From NCBI RefSeq assembly GCF_006345805.1, contig NC_043016.1, forward strand, positions 2,232,001-2,296,000: a stretch of DNA of 64,000 bases, given 5' to 3'. Below are positions 1 to 13,033 of the stretch, one piece after another. The DNA is from Octopus sinensis (Eukaryota). Position 1 is the first letter of the stretch. Each line of letters opens with the position of its first letter. The position numbers were made by a program, and so were the translations under genes. Below the pieces are notes generated by a model. It saw nothing but the letters and a program-made list of their open reading frames with translations, searched no databases and was not told where the DNA came from.

Positions 1-436
1 ACATATTGGTATGAGAACTGACACGGCAAACACATTGTGGGCCACTGTTTTATTGAATACAGAGAGTTCTGAGGTCCAAAATGCCTTTTTTGGGCTGTAA
101 TATTATTTAGTGACACGTGTTTTGTTACAGGTGCCATTGTAAGATATGTTTTCATCGGTATGTTTTTATCTACCCCTAGATACCTGTAACATTCCTCATC
201 AGATATAGGAGAAGCAGTTAGGTCATTGATAGAAATGTTGTTAGTCTGGTTTTCAGTTTTCCCTCTTTTTGCAACCCTATAGCAACATTTACTCTGACCA
301 AATGCTAACCTTTATCCTTTTTCGTTTCGTGCATATTTCTTGCATATAGTTTCAAGTCATCCACAAAGAAACAGTGAGTAATTTTGGTATTTCTGTTTCC
401 TCGTGAACCAGTGAGATATCCTTCAGACTTCCTTAC

Positions 437-440
<4 letters not shown>
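1..440 (-). mobile_element. Degenerate R4/Dong-type LINE fragment (RT C-terminus/thumb)
   Basis: Minus-strand translation gives ITHCFFVDDLKLYA (RT YxDD-like motif), then across frameshifts CYRYLGVD and SELSVFNKTVAHNVFAV. Confidence 0.75.
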
Positions 441-467
<27 letters not shown>

Positions 468-523
468 TGTATGTATGTATGTATGTATGTATGTATGTAT
501 GTATGTATGTATGTATGTATGTA
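440..523. repeat. (TATG)n microsatellite
   Basis: Near-perfect tetranucleotide run. Confidence 0.95.
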
Positions 524-759
524 TATCATTGTTCAGTTTTATTTCAAGATTTCTTGCCAATAGAGAAAGAGGCGGTTTCTAACCTAAATTCAAGACTCCT
601 TCATTGGAATTTCAACATCAAAAAACGGTATTTTCGTTTGTATGTATTTATGTATGTATGTGTATGTGCAGATTTGCATGTATTGTCCTGCATATTGTTG
701 CGTATCCAGACATGCTCATATATATTTAAATGATAAACTTCTGGAACGTTTTACGGATT

Positions 760-1140
760 TTTACAGTTCCAGTGATGGATTGAGTCTTCTCCTTTCTGGT
801 TTTGAGAAGCTTAATTTCTCAATATGTGATACATATCCCAGGGCTTAATTAATTACAGGTATAACCCTGAACTTGTAATCTGGATAGATTAACTGCAAAT
901 TTCTCAATAATTCAGCGTAGATATTCTCTTTTTCACTGATCTTCAGCTTTATGTTAAATCTGCTGGGCAGCTAATTTCCACAACTGTGCACACTTTCTCT
1001 TCTCTATCCCAAATCATTATATCAGGTCTGTTGTGCTTCCTTTTTATTGAGGCCTTCACTGGTACATTCCACCAGTATTCCATTTCATTATGAATGTATA
1101 TAGCTTCTACCATGTTGTGGGGGGTTTGTTTGTCTTCGGA
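760..1140 (-). mobile_element. R4/Dong-type LINE fragment, restriction-like endonuclease (RLE) domain
   Basis: ORF 949..1221 contains YWWNVPV..HNRPDIMIWDREEKVCTVVEISCPAD, the PD-(D/E)xK-type RLE signature. Confidence 0.8.
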
Positions 1141-1207
1141 AGTATCCTTCCGATGTATGTATGTATGTATGTATGTATGCATGTATATATTATGATATAT
1201 CATGTAC

Positions 1208-1252
<45 letters not shown>

Positions 1253-1318
1253 AATTTTTTGCGTAATGAGATAAAAAAACCAAGGCTGTATAGATATTAG
1301 AGCATTTATAGATAGAAG

Positions 1319-1373
1319 GTCTTACAGCTGTTTCTAGAATATTAATTAATAATAATATCCCTTCATCGGAGAC
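1319..1373 (-). ncRNA. Type I hammerhead ribozyme-like motif (U4C core variant)
   Basis: GUCU-CCGAUGA-AGGGAUAUU..AAUAUUCUA-GAAA-CAGCUG-UA-AGAC: 4-bp stem I, AU-rich stem II, palindromic stem III, GUA cleavage triplet. Confidence 0.6.
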
Positions 1374-2439
1374 GGTGTGAGAGGAAAAATTAAATCATAG
1401 CTAGTTTAGATGTGATACAAATAGAGAGTGATGTGGAAGAAATAAAATAGATGTAAGATATGTATGGGTATTGAATTCGTAAATCCATTTTATAGACATA
1501 ATGGTATATATGTGTAATATTCCAATATCCTTTGAGTAAAATCCAAAAGTCCAGCAGAGTTTAATATGAGCCGATCCAGATATAGAGTTTATGAGCAATG
1601 TAAGATTCTCTTAAAGTTGGTCATTCCCAGTAGGGAATATATAGAGAGTGTAGCAGATTCAAGGTTTGCATTTAAACTGACCTAGAAATAGAGAGTGTAT
1701 TAGTATGGTTAAATTGAAAACAGGAAGAGAGGAATGAAAAAAAAAAGAGAGAGAGCGAAAAAGGAGGAGAGAAAGAAAGAATGAAAGAGAAAGGAGAAAG
1801 AAGATTAGTAAAAATAACAAAAGATAAACTAAAGAATAAAACTCCTGAAGATATGAATAAAGGGAATAAGGAAAAGAAAAATTAAGATATAGGTTGGTCA
1901 GTGGTCAGGGGAGATAATTTGAAAGTAGGAGTGGGGATAGAGAGAGAAAGGTATTATAGTGTAAAAGATAGAGGAATGGGGGCGGGGTTAAGAGGTAGAG
2001 GAAATACCTATGTGTAGTAGTAGTTTCTAATTGTGAGGCAAATATATGAAGAATTAAGGAAATAGCAGTGTTAATTAGTCTGAGAAAAATATATATGTGA
2101 AAATGTATATACATGTATACATCAGATAACTTACAAATACAATCCTCATGTATTATGGTTCCTGCATATGCAGTTATCTATACCCTGCATGTGTACATAT
2201 GTTTATATATACCCACATGCGTGCAAAAATGCATATCCTCGCTCGTACACATATACGCGCGCATGGGTGTGCGCGCGTATATATGGAAACGAATATAATC
2301 AGATGGTTGCATATGTGAGAAAATTGATAGGGATTATGATTTAGAGTGTAAAGTTATAAGTTAATGGGATTACCTAAGAATTATTGCGGAAGTGTACTGT
2401 ATGGTCATGCTGGCATTTGGATTTGTGATAGAATTTAAA

Positions 2440-2830
2440 TGTGTGATAAAGGCGGTGGTTGCATTTAGCAGTGTTGGAGAGTTGTACTTTAATATCAGGC
2501 AAAACTTGCAGATTGAGCGTTGACCTCGGTAGGGAAGTCCTGTGTCTATTATGGACTATAATAGAGTATAGAGTATATTTGCATTCTTCAGGTGATGTAT
2601 GTGGTTGGCGAGAGTTGTAGATTTACTATGTTTATCGTATCTAAAAGAGTGGAGATGAGTGGCATATCGTTGCTTAAAATCTTTTGTTGATCCTATGAAT
2701 ATGGCTGTAGATTTGTGTAATTCGTTAAGGTCCGTGTATTTATAGGTAACATTATAAATTCTGCAATGGGTTTGTAGCATGCAGGTGGTTCCAGGACGGC
2801 AATTACAATTAGGTGAATTTTGAGGACCGT
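2440..2830 (-). pseudogene. GIY-YIG endonuclease remnant of a PLE
   Basis: CNCRPGTTCMLQTHC..NVTY..IFIGSTKDFKQRYATHLHSF..STTLANHIHHLK, then stop, then SIIDTGLPY..CKFCL. Matches the PLE Cys linker, GIY-YIG core and C-terminal CxxC. Confidence 0.8.
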
Positions 2831-2895
2831 ATTCGGTAACTGAGGAGGTAGTATCATCAGAAGAGACGCTATAGGAGGGGGTGAAAATTTCTCTC

Positions 2896-3326
2896 TCTTT
2901 ACTCTTTTACTCTTTTACTTGTTTCAGTCATTTGACTGCGGCCATGCTGGAGCACCGCCTTTAGTCGAGCAAATCGACCCCGGGACTTATACTTTGTAAG
3001 CCCAGTACTTATTCTATCGGTCTCTTTTGCCGAACCGCTAGGTGACGGGGACGTAAACACACCAGCATCGGTTGTCAAGCAATGCTAGGGGGACAAACAC
3101 AGACACACAAACACACACACATACACATATACATATACATATACATATATGTAAATATATACGACAGGCTTCTTTCAGTTTCCATCTACCAAATCCACTC
3201 ACAAGGCTTTGGTCGGCACGGGGCTATAGCAGAAGACACTTGCCCAAGATGCCACGCAGTGGGACTGAACCCGGAACCATGTGGTTGGTTAGCAAGCTAC
3301 TTACCACACAGCCACTCCTGCGCCTA
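2896..3326 (-). mobile_element. tRNA-derived SINE, family A (full length)
   Basis: Head GGCGCAGGAGTGGCTGTGTGGT (box A) .. GGTTCAGTCCC (box B), (AAAAGAGT)n tail. Near-identical to the copy at 55006-55409. Confidence 0.9.
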
Positions 3327-3401
<75 letters not shown>

Positions 3402-3432
3402 CATTTTTATTATTATTATTATTATTATTATT

Positions 3433-3818
3433 GAGTGAGAGAGCAGTGCATGCCATCAAAGTGACACTGGGGTAAAATATACGAAGCCCAATATACCAAT
3501 CATGACTACCCGTCTGATAAGGGTACACCAGGCACATGCATCACAACCATATATGCGCGACATGGTGATCTCATATCAAGATAAACAGCACATGACCTTG
3601 CAGGTGGGGCCCAGTTAGAATTTTCTTCAGGCTGAGTAGCCCATCCCGCTCAAAAGGTCCCTGAATAAGGGTTGTTTAAGGATGTTGAAAGAACCACCCA
3701 TGTTTCCAAAGGTGAATTATTCAAACCCCAAAGAATCCCTCTCAACACATGGCTATGATGCTCCCCCACTACTTCTGCTCGTGATCACTAGGGACATGCT
3801 CAACTGGTTAAGGTCAAA

Positions 3819-3820
<2 letters not shown>
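3433..3820 (-). mobile_element. Short non-coding retroposed fragment with (TAA)n tail, probably the 3' UTR of a 5'-truncated LINE; internally deleted
   Basis: Homologous to 6871-7418 and flanked on both sides by (ATT)n. LINE origin is inferred. Confidence 0.65.
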
Positions 3821-3862
<42 letters not shown>

Positions 3863-4120
3863 GTGTTATTACTATTTTTATCATTCAGTAGTTTTATTTT
3901 TATAACGTGCCTTTACTTCACTACCGAGCGCAGCTCTGTGTGCCTTGAGTATGTGCTGTGATTTGTTGTGATGCTCTGATGGTTACTGTATTGAAAGTGT
4001 TCTGCGTAGGATGTGTGCAGTGCTTAGTAGTGCAATTTTCTGTATGTCATATGTGTTTGTAAGTCCTGGTGCTTTGTTATGGATTTGTCTGAATATTTTT
4101 TATCATACCTAATGCACCTA

Positions 4121-4906
4121 TTATGATAGATTCCACATTCGAGTTACCTCTATGTCCAGGTCTTTGTAATTTGAAAGTTTCTCCATTTCTTTTAGAGACA
4201 CGTTGTCATCTGCTGGTATTGATACATCAATTAGAAAGCATTTTTTTTCTGCATGATCTCTGACAACTATATCTGGTCTGTTGGCCTTAATTTCTCTATC
4301 TGTGTGTATTGGCATATCCCAGAGTATGGTTGATTTCTCGTTTTCTGTGACCTTTTCTGGTGTGTGCCTATACCATCTTTTTCCTGTTGTTATTCTATAA
4401 TGTTGGCATAGCTTCCAGTGTATGTAGGTCCCAACTCTGTCGTGTCTATGAATATATTCCTTCTTAGCCAGGACTGGGCAGCCGGAGATAATATGATTTA
4501 TTATTTCATGTCCATCTTCACATATTCTGCAGTTACTTGTTATATTTCTTTTCATTACATGTTTTTCGTAATTTCTGGTGGGGAGGGTATGGTCTTGTAC
4601 TGCAATTAAAAATCCTTCTGTCTCTGCTTTGTGTCCTATTGCTGGGATTTTTCTTTGTCTATTTCTTTTGCATTTAGTTTAGTGCAGTACTTGCCATGAA
4701 GGGGCTTTTCTTGCTATCGCTTTATCATGGTCCGTTGCTGTTCTAATTTTAGTTTGGATTTCATTTGTTTTATAGCTTTTTTTGTTTTCTTCTTCTTCTT
4801 CTTCTTCTTCTTCTTCTTCTTTTTCTTCTTCTTCTTCTTTTTCTTTCTTCTTCTTCTTCTTCTTCTTCTTCTTCTTCTTCTTCTTCTTCATCATCTTCTT
4901 CTTCTT

Positions 4907-4937
<31 letters not shown>

Positions 4938-6750
4938 TTCTTCTTCTTCATATTTGTTAGGTGGTATGATTTCTTGTTTGTATTTCTCAGCTTCCTTAAA
5001 TACTGAAAACAATTTTTTGTTTTGCTCATGTTTTCCCGCTATTTGTATCAGTTTTCCTTCGTTCTGAAGTAGGTATTTTTGCAGTCCTATGGTGGTTATT
5101 TTATAGTAGGTTTCTAGCTTTATGAGGCCTCTACCACCTTCTATACATTGTATATATAGCCTTTCTATGTCAGATTTTGGGTGATGCATCCTAGATCCTG
5201 TCATTATTTTTCTTGTTTTCCTATCTATTTTGGTTAGTTCATTTAGCGTCCAGTTAAGGATATTGTAGCTGTAACTTATAACTGGGATGGCTAAAGTGTT
5301 AATACCTATTATCTTGTTTTTAGCATTGAGCTCTGTTTTTAGTATTGATCTAACTCGTCTATAGTATTCTTTCTTTGTTTTCTCTTTCATTTGTGTGTGT
5401 TGTGTCTTATCTTGTTCATGGATTCCTAAATATTTGTAAGTTTGGCTTCGGTCTAATTCTCTTATTTCGTTGGCTTTATCTAGCGTGATGTTTTACTTTT
5501 AACTAGTTTTCTTCTTTTTCAGGGTTACTTTGGCGCATTTTTTAAATCCAAATTTCATATCTATTTCTTTGGTGAATCCATGAACTGTCTTTAGTAGTGT
5601 TTCCAGCTGTTTGTCAATTGTAGCGTATAGTTTTAGGTCATCCATGTGGGGAATGCTATCAAACGCCTTTTGGTAGTCGATCCAGGCCATAGTGAGGCCT
5701 TTCTTCTTTCTGCGGCTGTCTTCAGTTATGGCTTTATTGATCATTAGTTGGTCTTTACAGCCACCTGAGCCTTTGCGGCATCCTTTCTGCTCTTCTGGAA
5801 ACAGGTTTTTTTCGTCCAGGTGCTTATTCAATCTATGCGATATTACTGCAGTAAAGGCTTTGTACATTGTAGGGAGACAGGTTATAGGTCTGTAGTTTTC
5901 TGGTTTTGCCGTTTCATTGGATTTGGGAATTAAGATGGTTTTCCCCTTCGTGATCCATTTAGGCATTGTCTCTGGCTGTGCCAGTATGTTGTTAAAATTT
6001 TCAGCCAGATTTTTGTGCATTCCTGTTAGATATTTAAACCAGAATTTGGGGATCTTGTCATGCCCAGGTGCCTTCCAGTTGCTTAAGTCTTTGCAGTGCC
6101 TGGGTGACCTCTTCAGTTGTTATGGGGTCCAAAGTTGCTCAGATGCTGAGTTTGTTGTTTTAATACTCCTTTTTTGGGTTGTTCTTTCGCCGACCATATT
6201 TCTTTCCAGAATTCATCCACTTCTGCCGTTGGTGCTGCAGTGATTTCTATCTTACTTTTGCCAAGTTCTTGGTAGAACTTTTTGGGGTTGGAGTTGAACT
6301 GTTTGTTTTGTTCAAAGAAACGTTGGCGTTTCTCATACCGGCGGATCCTTTGTGCTTTGGCAAGGATATCTTGCTTCAGCTTTTCTTTTATCCCAGGTAA
6401 ATCTTTTTCTGTGATGTTGTATTTTCGGAGTATTTTTGTTTTCTTTTTGTTGCTCAGTAGCGTTGATTGTCTACTGATATCATTAAGAATCGACAGATCT
6501 TTTCTTATTTTTTGTATTTTATTTTGGATGTTATTTATCCACAGGGTTTCTTTGGGCGGTGGTACTCCTGTTTGGATGGGTTTGAGAGAGTATCCAGATT
6601 CTTTTGAGGCTGCAGTGGCTGCTGCATATACTAAGTCATTTAGCTCAGTGATATCGCTATTTGTTTCAGTAGCTATTAGTTTTGTGACGGCTAGGTTTAT
6701 GCTGTTTATAATTGATGTTGTTTTATTGTCTATTTTTATTATTTTTTTTA
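4121..6750 (-). pseudogene. Disrupted RT-RLE ORF of the R4/Dong element
   Basis: ORFs 6113..7000, 5499..6020 (PENYRPITCL, EQKG, WIDYQKAFDSIPH fused directly to MDDLKLYA, i.e. a mid-RT deletion), 4935..5390 and 4121..4555 (CRIC..HIISGC, ANRPDIVV..IDVSIPAD). Confidence 0.88.
4787..4950. repeat. (CTT)n microsatellite inside the Dong ORF
   Basis: Direct reading of the sequence. Confidence 0.95.
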
Positions 6751-6819
6751 TTATTATTATTATCATTATTATCATATTATTATTATTATAGTATTTTATT
6801 ATCATTATTATTATTATTA

Positions 6820-6867
<48 letters not shown>

Positions 6868-6870
6868 TAT

Positions 6871-7418
6871 TGAGTGAGCGAGCGGAGCATGCCATCAAAG
6901 TGACATGGGGTAAATATACGAAGCCCAGTATACCCATCATGACTACCCGTCTGATAAGGGTACACCAGGCACATGCATCACAACCATATGTGCGCGACAT
7001 GGTGATCTCATATCAAGATAAACAGCACATGACCTTGCAGGTGGAGCCCAGTTAGAATTTTCTTCAGATCGAGTAACTCATCCCGCTCAAAAGGTCCCTG
7101 AATAAGGGTTGTTTAAGGACGTTGAACGAAACACCCATGTTTCCATAGGTGAATTATTCAAACCCCAAAGAATCCTTCTCAACACATGGCTATAATGCTC
7201 CCCCACTACTTCTGCTCGTGATCGGAGATGCACATATCGTCAGCCACTAAGGGACATGCTCAACTGTTAAGGTCAAACAACTGACAAGCAAATCTGTGTG
7301 TATTGAGCAGAATATTTGCTGTAGCCCATCTTTTATACCAGACAAAACAATGTACATGATAACACTTCCAATCAGTTAAGATCAGAAGCCATGAGAGCCA
7401 CTGCCTGGTACTGCATCA
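6871..7418 (-). mobile_element. Second, longer copy of the (TAA)n-tailed retroposed fragment
   Basis: Homologous to 3433-3820. Flanked by a long direct duplication (6711-~6765 = 7419-~7472). Confidence 0.75.
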
Positions 7419-7444
7419 ATTGATGTTGTTTTATTGTCTATTTT

Positions 7445-8300
<856 letters not shown>

Positions 8301-9437
8301 ATTATCATCATTACTAACATTATCATTACTACCACTGCAACTACTATTATTGTTACTGTTACTTACTTGCTATTTGCATTTGCCAGAGGCATAGGATTGT
8401 GGTGGCGTTTCGGGTATTGTCAGTAGAATGGGTTGGGTTGCGGTAATGAGCAAGTGTAATGGTATCTATGCTATATATGTATGTGTGTTGATTATTTGTA
8501 TTAGTAGAGTTGTAGTTATGTGAGTTTTGATAGTAAAGAGAGAGAGCTTTTGCTTATTCGAGGCTGCTACAATATAAGTGTAACTTCATATAATTAAGTT
8601 ACCTTCGGCCTTATGAGCACTCAGCAGAGTATCCCTCGTTGAGAAATTATTATACCAGAGGATCTGCTAGCTTGGAAACATATAGAACCTGAATTTTACC
8701 TTATTCACTCCTTCAATTTGGATATTTAGTTGCCTTTATAGCAACGCAAATTGCTAAGCCAGATATAATCTAAGACGTGAAAGATTACTGACTATCTTGA
8801 ATGAGGGCACACCACATGTTTTTCACTTAACCAGTTCTCAAAATATTTTCGACTGGAACCAAACGCTCCCATGTGCATTTTTTGAGATATTTTGATATGG
8901 AAGAACACCAACATTTTTATTTTTGTATAATGCCGTGATTTTTATTTTGTGAATAATCTACCTTTTGCATGTTGTTTATATTCTGAACTTAACGTGGATT
9001 TGTAAAATTATGACTTCTTCAAAAAGCACCAGAGACGCGTCATTTTGTTCATTAACGCTTTAAGATTGTTGAAACTTCGTCCTCAGTGTTTTCTACAATA
9101 TTTCCCCTCGCAAAGAGGCATTATTTTTCATTTGGAAAAGTTGTCTAACCCAACATATTTTCCATTGCTTCTAAGCTGAGTTTTCATTTTCCAAGCGTTT
9201 CTTCCTCATTGCACGATAAACATGTGGTCGTGCAGGTTGATATTGTAGTAGACGTGACGTTTGAATCTTGCAGACACACATATGCATACATACATACACA
9301 CATATCACGCATATACATACATACATACATACATAATGCATGCCATACATACACACTACATCTAAATATATTTATATATCTGTATAAGTTTGTATATACA
9401 TATTATATATTTTATATTATATATGTATATATTAGAG

Positions 9438-9522
<85 letters not shown>

Positions 9523-10361
9523 GTATATATTTATATATGTGTATTATGTATGCATATATATATATAAAGATATATGTTGTCTTTTCTCTCTGGGCACATT
9601 GCATGAGAAACCGTGCCTTAGAAGAGAGGGAGAGAGGGAGAGTAAGGGAGAGATGGAGAGTAAGGATGAGGAGTCACAAGTAAATAAGTGTGTATGTGTG
9701 GAACATGAGAAAGAAGGAGAGAGAGAGAGAGGGAAAGAGAGAGAGAGAGGGAGGGAAAGAGAGCCGGGGAGGAAAAGACATGGATAGATGGATGTACACG
9801 GTATAAGAAAGAACAGAGAGAAGCGAGTATCATAGATTAAGAATGTAGTTCGTTATAGAAAGAGAAAAAATAACATACGCCGGAAAAACAAAACCAACAG
9901 CAACATAAATAACAAGTGACTCTCCCACCCATACAAAAACACGCAGCTCAAGAACAACATCATCATTAACAACAAGGTCTATTAGCAATGATAGAACTCT
10001 AGATTGATTATTATAAAGATATAAAGAGATAAGAGTAATAAAATATTGAGGACATTGTTACAAAAAAACACTAACTTTAAAATTAATTGATATTCACAGG
10101 CATGATACACTCACAGACATATACGTTCACAAACAGAAACATGCATACACACATATGCAGATATATATATATATGTACATGTTTCTCCTTCTCTCTGTCT
10201 GTCTGTCTGCATATATATACAAACACACACACACGCATACACACACATATATATGACGCATCAAATCATATCATATCTATGCCACATCTATATACACAAA
10301 AATACATCTACTGTGGCGGCTTTATAGTCCTCCTCTCTCCCTTTGTGTGTTCCTGTGTATG

Positions 10362-10400
<39 letters not shown>

Positions 10401-11182
10401 GCCTGTATGTAAATATAAGATAACGTGGTTAGTAGGACCCGTGGGAAAGTGTAGATATTTATTAAATAGACTATGAATTAATAGATTGTAACAGAATAAG
10501 TAAATGAACATTGTTAAGGACGACGACCAATGAGAATGGAACGACAATCTGAAAAGTGAATGGATTCACTGTCCTTTCTCCACACACACACTCACATGTA
10601 TGTATTTCCACGCTTCTAATGAGAGATTCGTAATCACATGCAGGTTACAATTGGTTTCTCATAATAAGTAAATCCTATACCGTGTGTGTGCTCGTCTGCA
10701 TGATTTACACTCGTGAGACCAGGCTAAATATCAAAGCAGAACTTAAAGTTAGCCACTCAGTAGCCATCCTCATAAATGCATGTACATATACGCGTATGCG
10801 CATACACACTCTTGCACAGACATGCACATACATACAGACATACACTCAGAGTTGTTAAAAAATTGAAACAATTCCTCGCATTACTTACTCTGGCTTTTTG
10901 CTGTCTCAGAGCAACTTTTGAGTCCTAAAACAGTTTTCAGTTTTCAGATATCTATTTACATCTCACGGCTATTGTCCCCTATATGGTCATTTGGTGATTT
11001 CGTGACAATCTAGCAATTTATTATTTATTTAATCTATATCCGCAGTCCTTCCTGCAGGTCTTTTTTCCAGAATGACTTTATGTGTTCATACATACAAAAA
11101 CATATATTCACAGACAAGCATACCCGCTTGAGATTGTATACAAGTTATATATATATATATATTTATATAAAGATATAATATA

Positions 11183-11215
<33 letters not shown>

Positions 11216-11244
11216 CTATATATATATAGATAGAGATATATATA

Positions 11245-11279
<35 letters not shown>

Positions 11280-11882
11280 TAATAATGTATATATATATAT
11301 GGTGTTTGTGTGTGGGTGTATGATGATATATGTTACATGTATACTATATAATATATACTATTAATATATATAGTAGGTACTATATTTTCCGTTAGAACTA
11401 CGTATTTCACTTGTGCTAATTGGAACTTCACTTATAAACGGATTTAAATGACAAGTAAGGAATTTCCTAGGAAATTCGACGAGAGAAATTTTTTCTTTTG
11501 TCTCACAAATTTCTAATAGGAAATTCCTTGCATGTCTATCTAACATATAAAATCTTTGTGGATTCCTGTTAGCAAATGAAACACACGTAATGGTGAAAAA
11601 ACAATACCCAAGAATTTCCCACTTTTCCGTTTTGTTATAATATAACTGTACCATGATATTTCATAGTGATTGTAATAATGGAAAAGCAGATGTGTTTCAA
11701 GAAGAAACAGCTAGATTTACCCTCCTACCTACCTACCTACCCTACCTACCTACCTACCTACCTACCTACCTACCTACCTTTCTACCTACCAACCTACTAC
11801 CTGCCTATATATATATCTACTTTAAGATACCTATATATATCATATATATATATATATATATATAGATATATAAAGATATACA

Positions 11883-12170
11883 CATTGTGTTGTGGGTGGG
11901 CAGAGTCATTCTCTTTAGTGCCTTATAGTATTAAACACACTCACCGGTAAAATTTCAACTTTTTTTCTATTTTTATTTTCCTAAAATTTTCATTGCATCT
12001 TGCAACCTTTTCAATAGTCTTGACTCTTGAGTGTCAAGCCAATTGAAAAGGTTGCAAGACGCAACGAAAATTTTAGAAAATAAAAATAAAAAAATAAGCG
12101 GAAATTATACCGGTGAGTGTGTTAAATAATAAGGCATTAAAAGAGAATGACTCTCCCCAGACACAACAGA
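11883..12170. mobile_element. Palindromic MITE-like element
   Basis: Whole-length imperfect inverted repeat (gagtcattctc..acactcaccggt..ttgcaaccttttcaat / attgaaaaggttgcaa..accggtgagtgt..gagaatgactc) centred near 12030. Confidence 0.75.
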
Positions 12171-12844
12171 ATATGCTTCAACATACGAACTCATATAAAG
12201 AATCTTGTATACCAAATCTAAAAACGAAATATATGTATATATACATATATATAAATATATACACACACACATACATACATATGGTAAAATCGACAAAAAG
12301 TATATAGCGTACACTAGAGGAGTAGAGAAACTTAACGTTTCGGACAGAGTTCTTTCTCAAGGTAAAGTTGGCAGGAAAGAAATTGATAAGGCTGCAAAAT
12401 TTTACATCCTTTAAATTAAAATCAAAAAGAAACTGTCTGCATCTGATAAGGAACGCAAGGCCACGTGAACATCCTACACGAACAGGAAGTGTCTGGAGAA
12501 ATAGTGTGTGAAAGAAGGAAAGAAAGATGGAATAAGAAGAAGCATGCAAAGTGGAGAATGAGGTGAAGGGAAAAGATGAAGCGGGAGTTGAAAGATAAAC
12601 ATTTTTTGTTACCACTTCCTGTTCATGTATGAAAATCCCGTGGTTCCGCGTTCCTTTTACTATATAATATTCAACCAACATTGTTACCCAACAATTATAT
12701 TTTTGAAATTGGTACTCGAAGTACATATAAAGCTATGAATAACAACATATAAATATCGAGTCGAAAAATTCTTTTAGATAGGAAAAAAATATTCGAAGGC
12801 TCATAAGAGTAAAGTTTAAAAAATGGAGAATTTTCAACGGGTTG

Positions 12845-12915
12845 CTTTGGAATAGTGGTAGTAGAACGTCTGTCAAGTATACAGTAGATGTAGGTTCCAG
12901 TCCCACGGGGAGCTT
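12845..12915 (+). mobile_element. Degenerate tRNA-like SINE head
   Basis: TAGTGGT box A-like and GGTTCCAGTCCC box B-like motifs at tRNA spacing. No intact cloverleaf. Confidence 0.4.
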
Positions 12916-12953
12916 TCTACTCTCTTTTTATCCGAAAGAGATTTTCAGTCTAG

Positions 12954-13033
<80 letters not shown>

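Larger units (their letters stand above)
1253..2870 (-). mobile_element. Degenerate Penelope-like element (PLE), 3' part with GIY-YIG remnant and HHR-bearing terminal repeat
   Basis: GIY-YIG-like peptide at 2440-2830 and HHR motif at 1319-1373 lie on the same strand. Boundaries are approximate and the middle part is not assignable. Confidence 0.65.
3821..6750 (-). mobile_element. 5'-truncated R4/Dong-clade non-LTR retrotransposon
   Basis: Collinear RT, thumb, CCHC and RLE fragments; ORF end IQKIALLSTAHILRRTLSIQ*, short 3' UTR, (TAA)n tail. (TAA)n lies on both sides. Confidence 0.9.
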
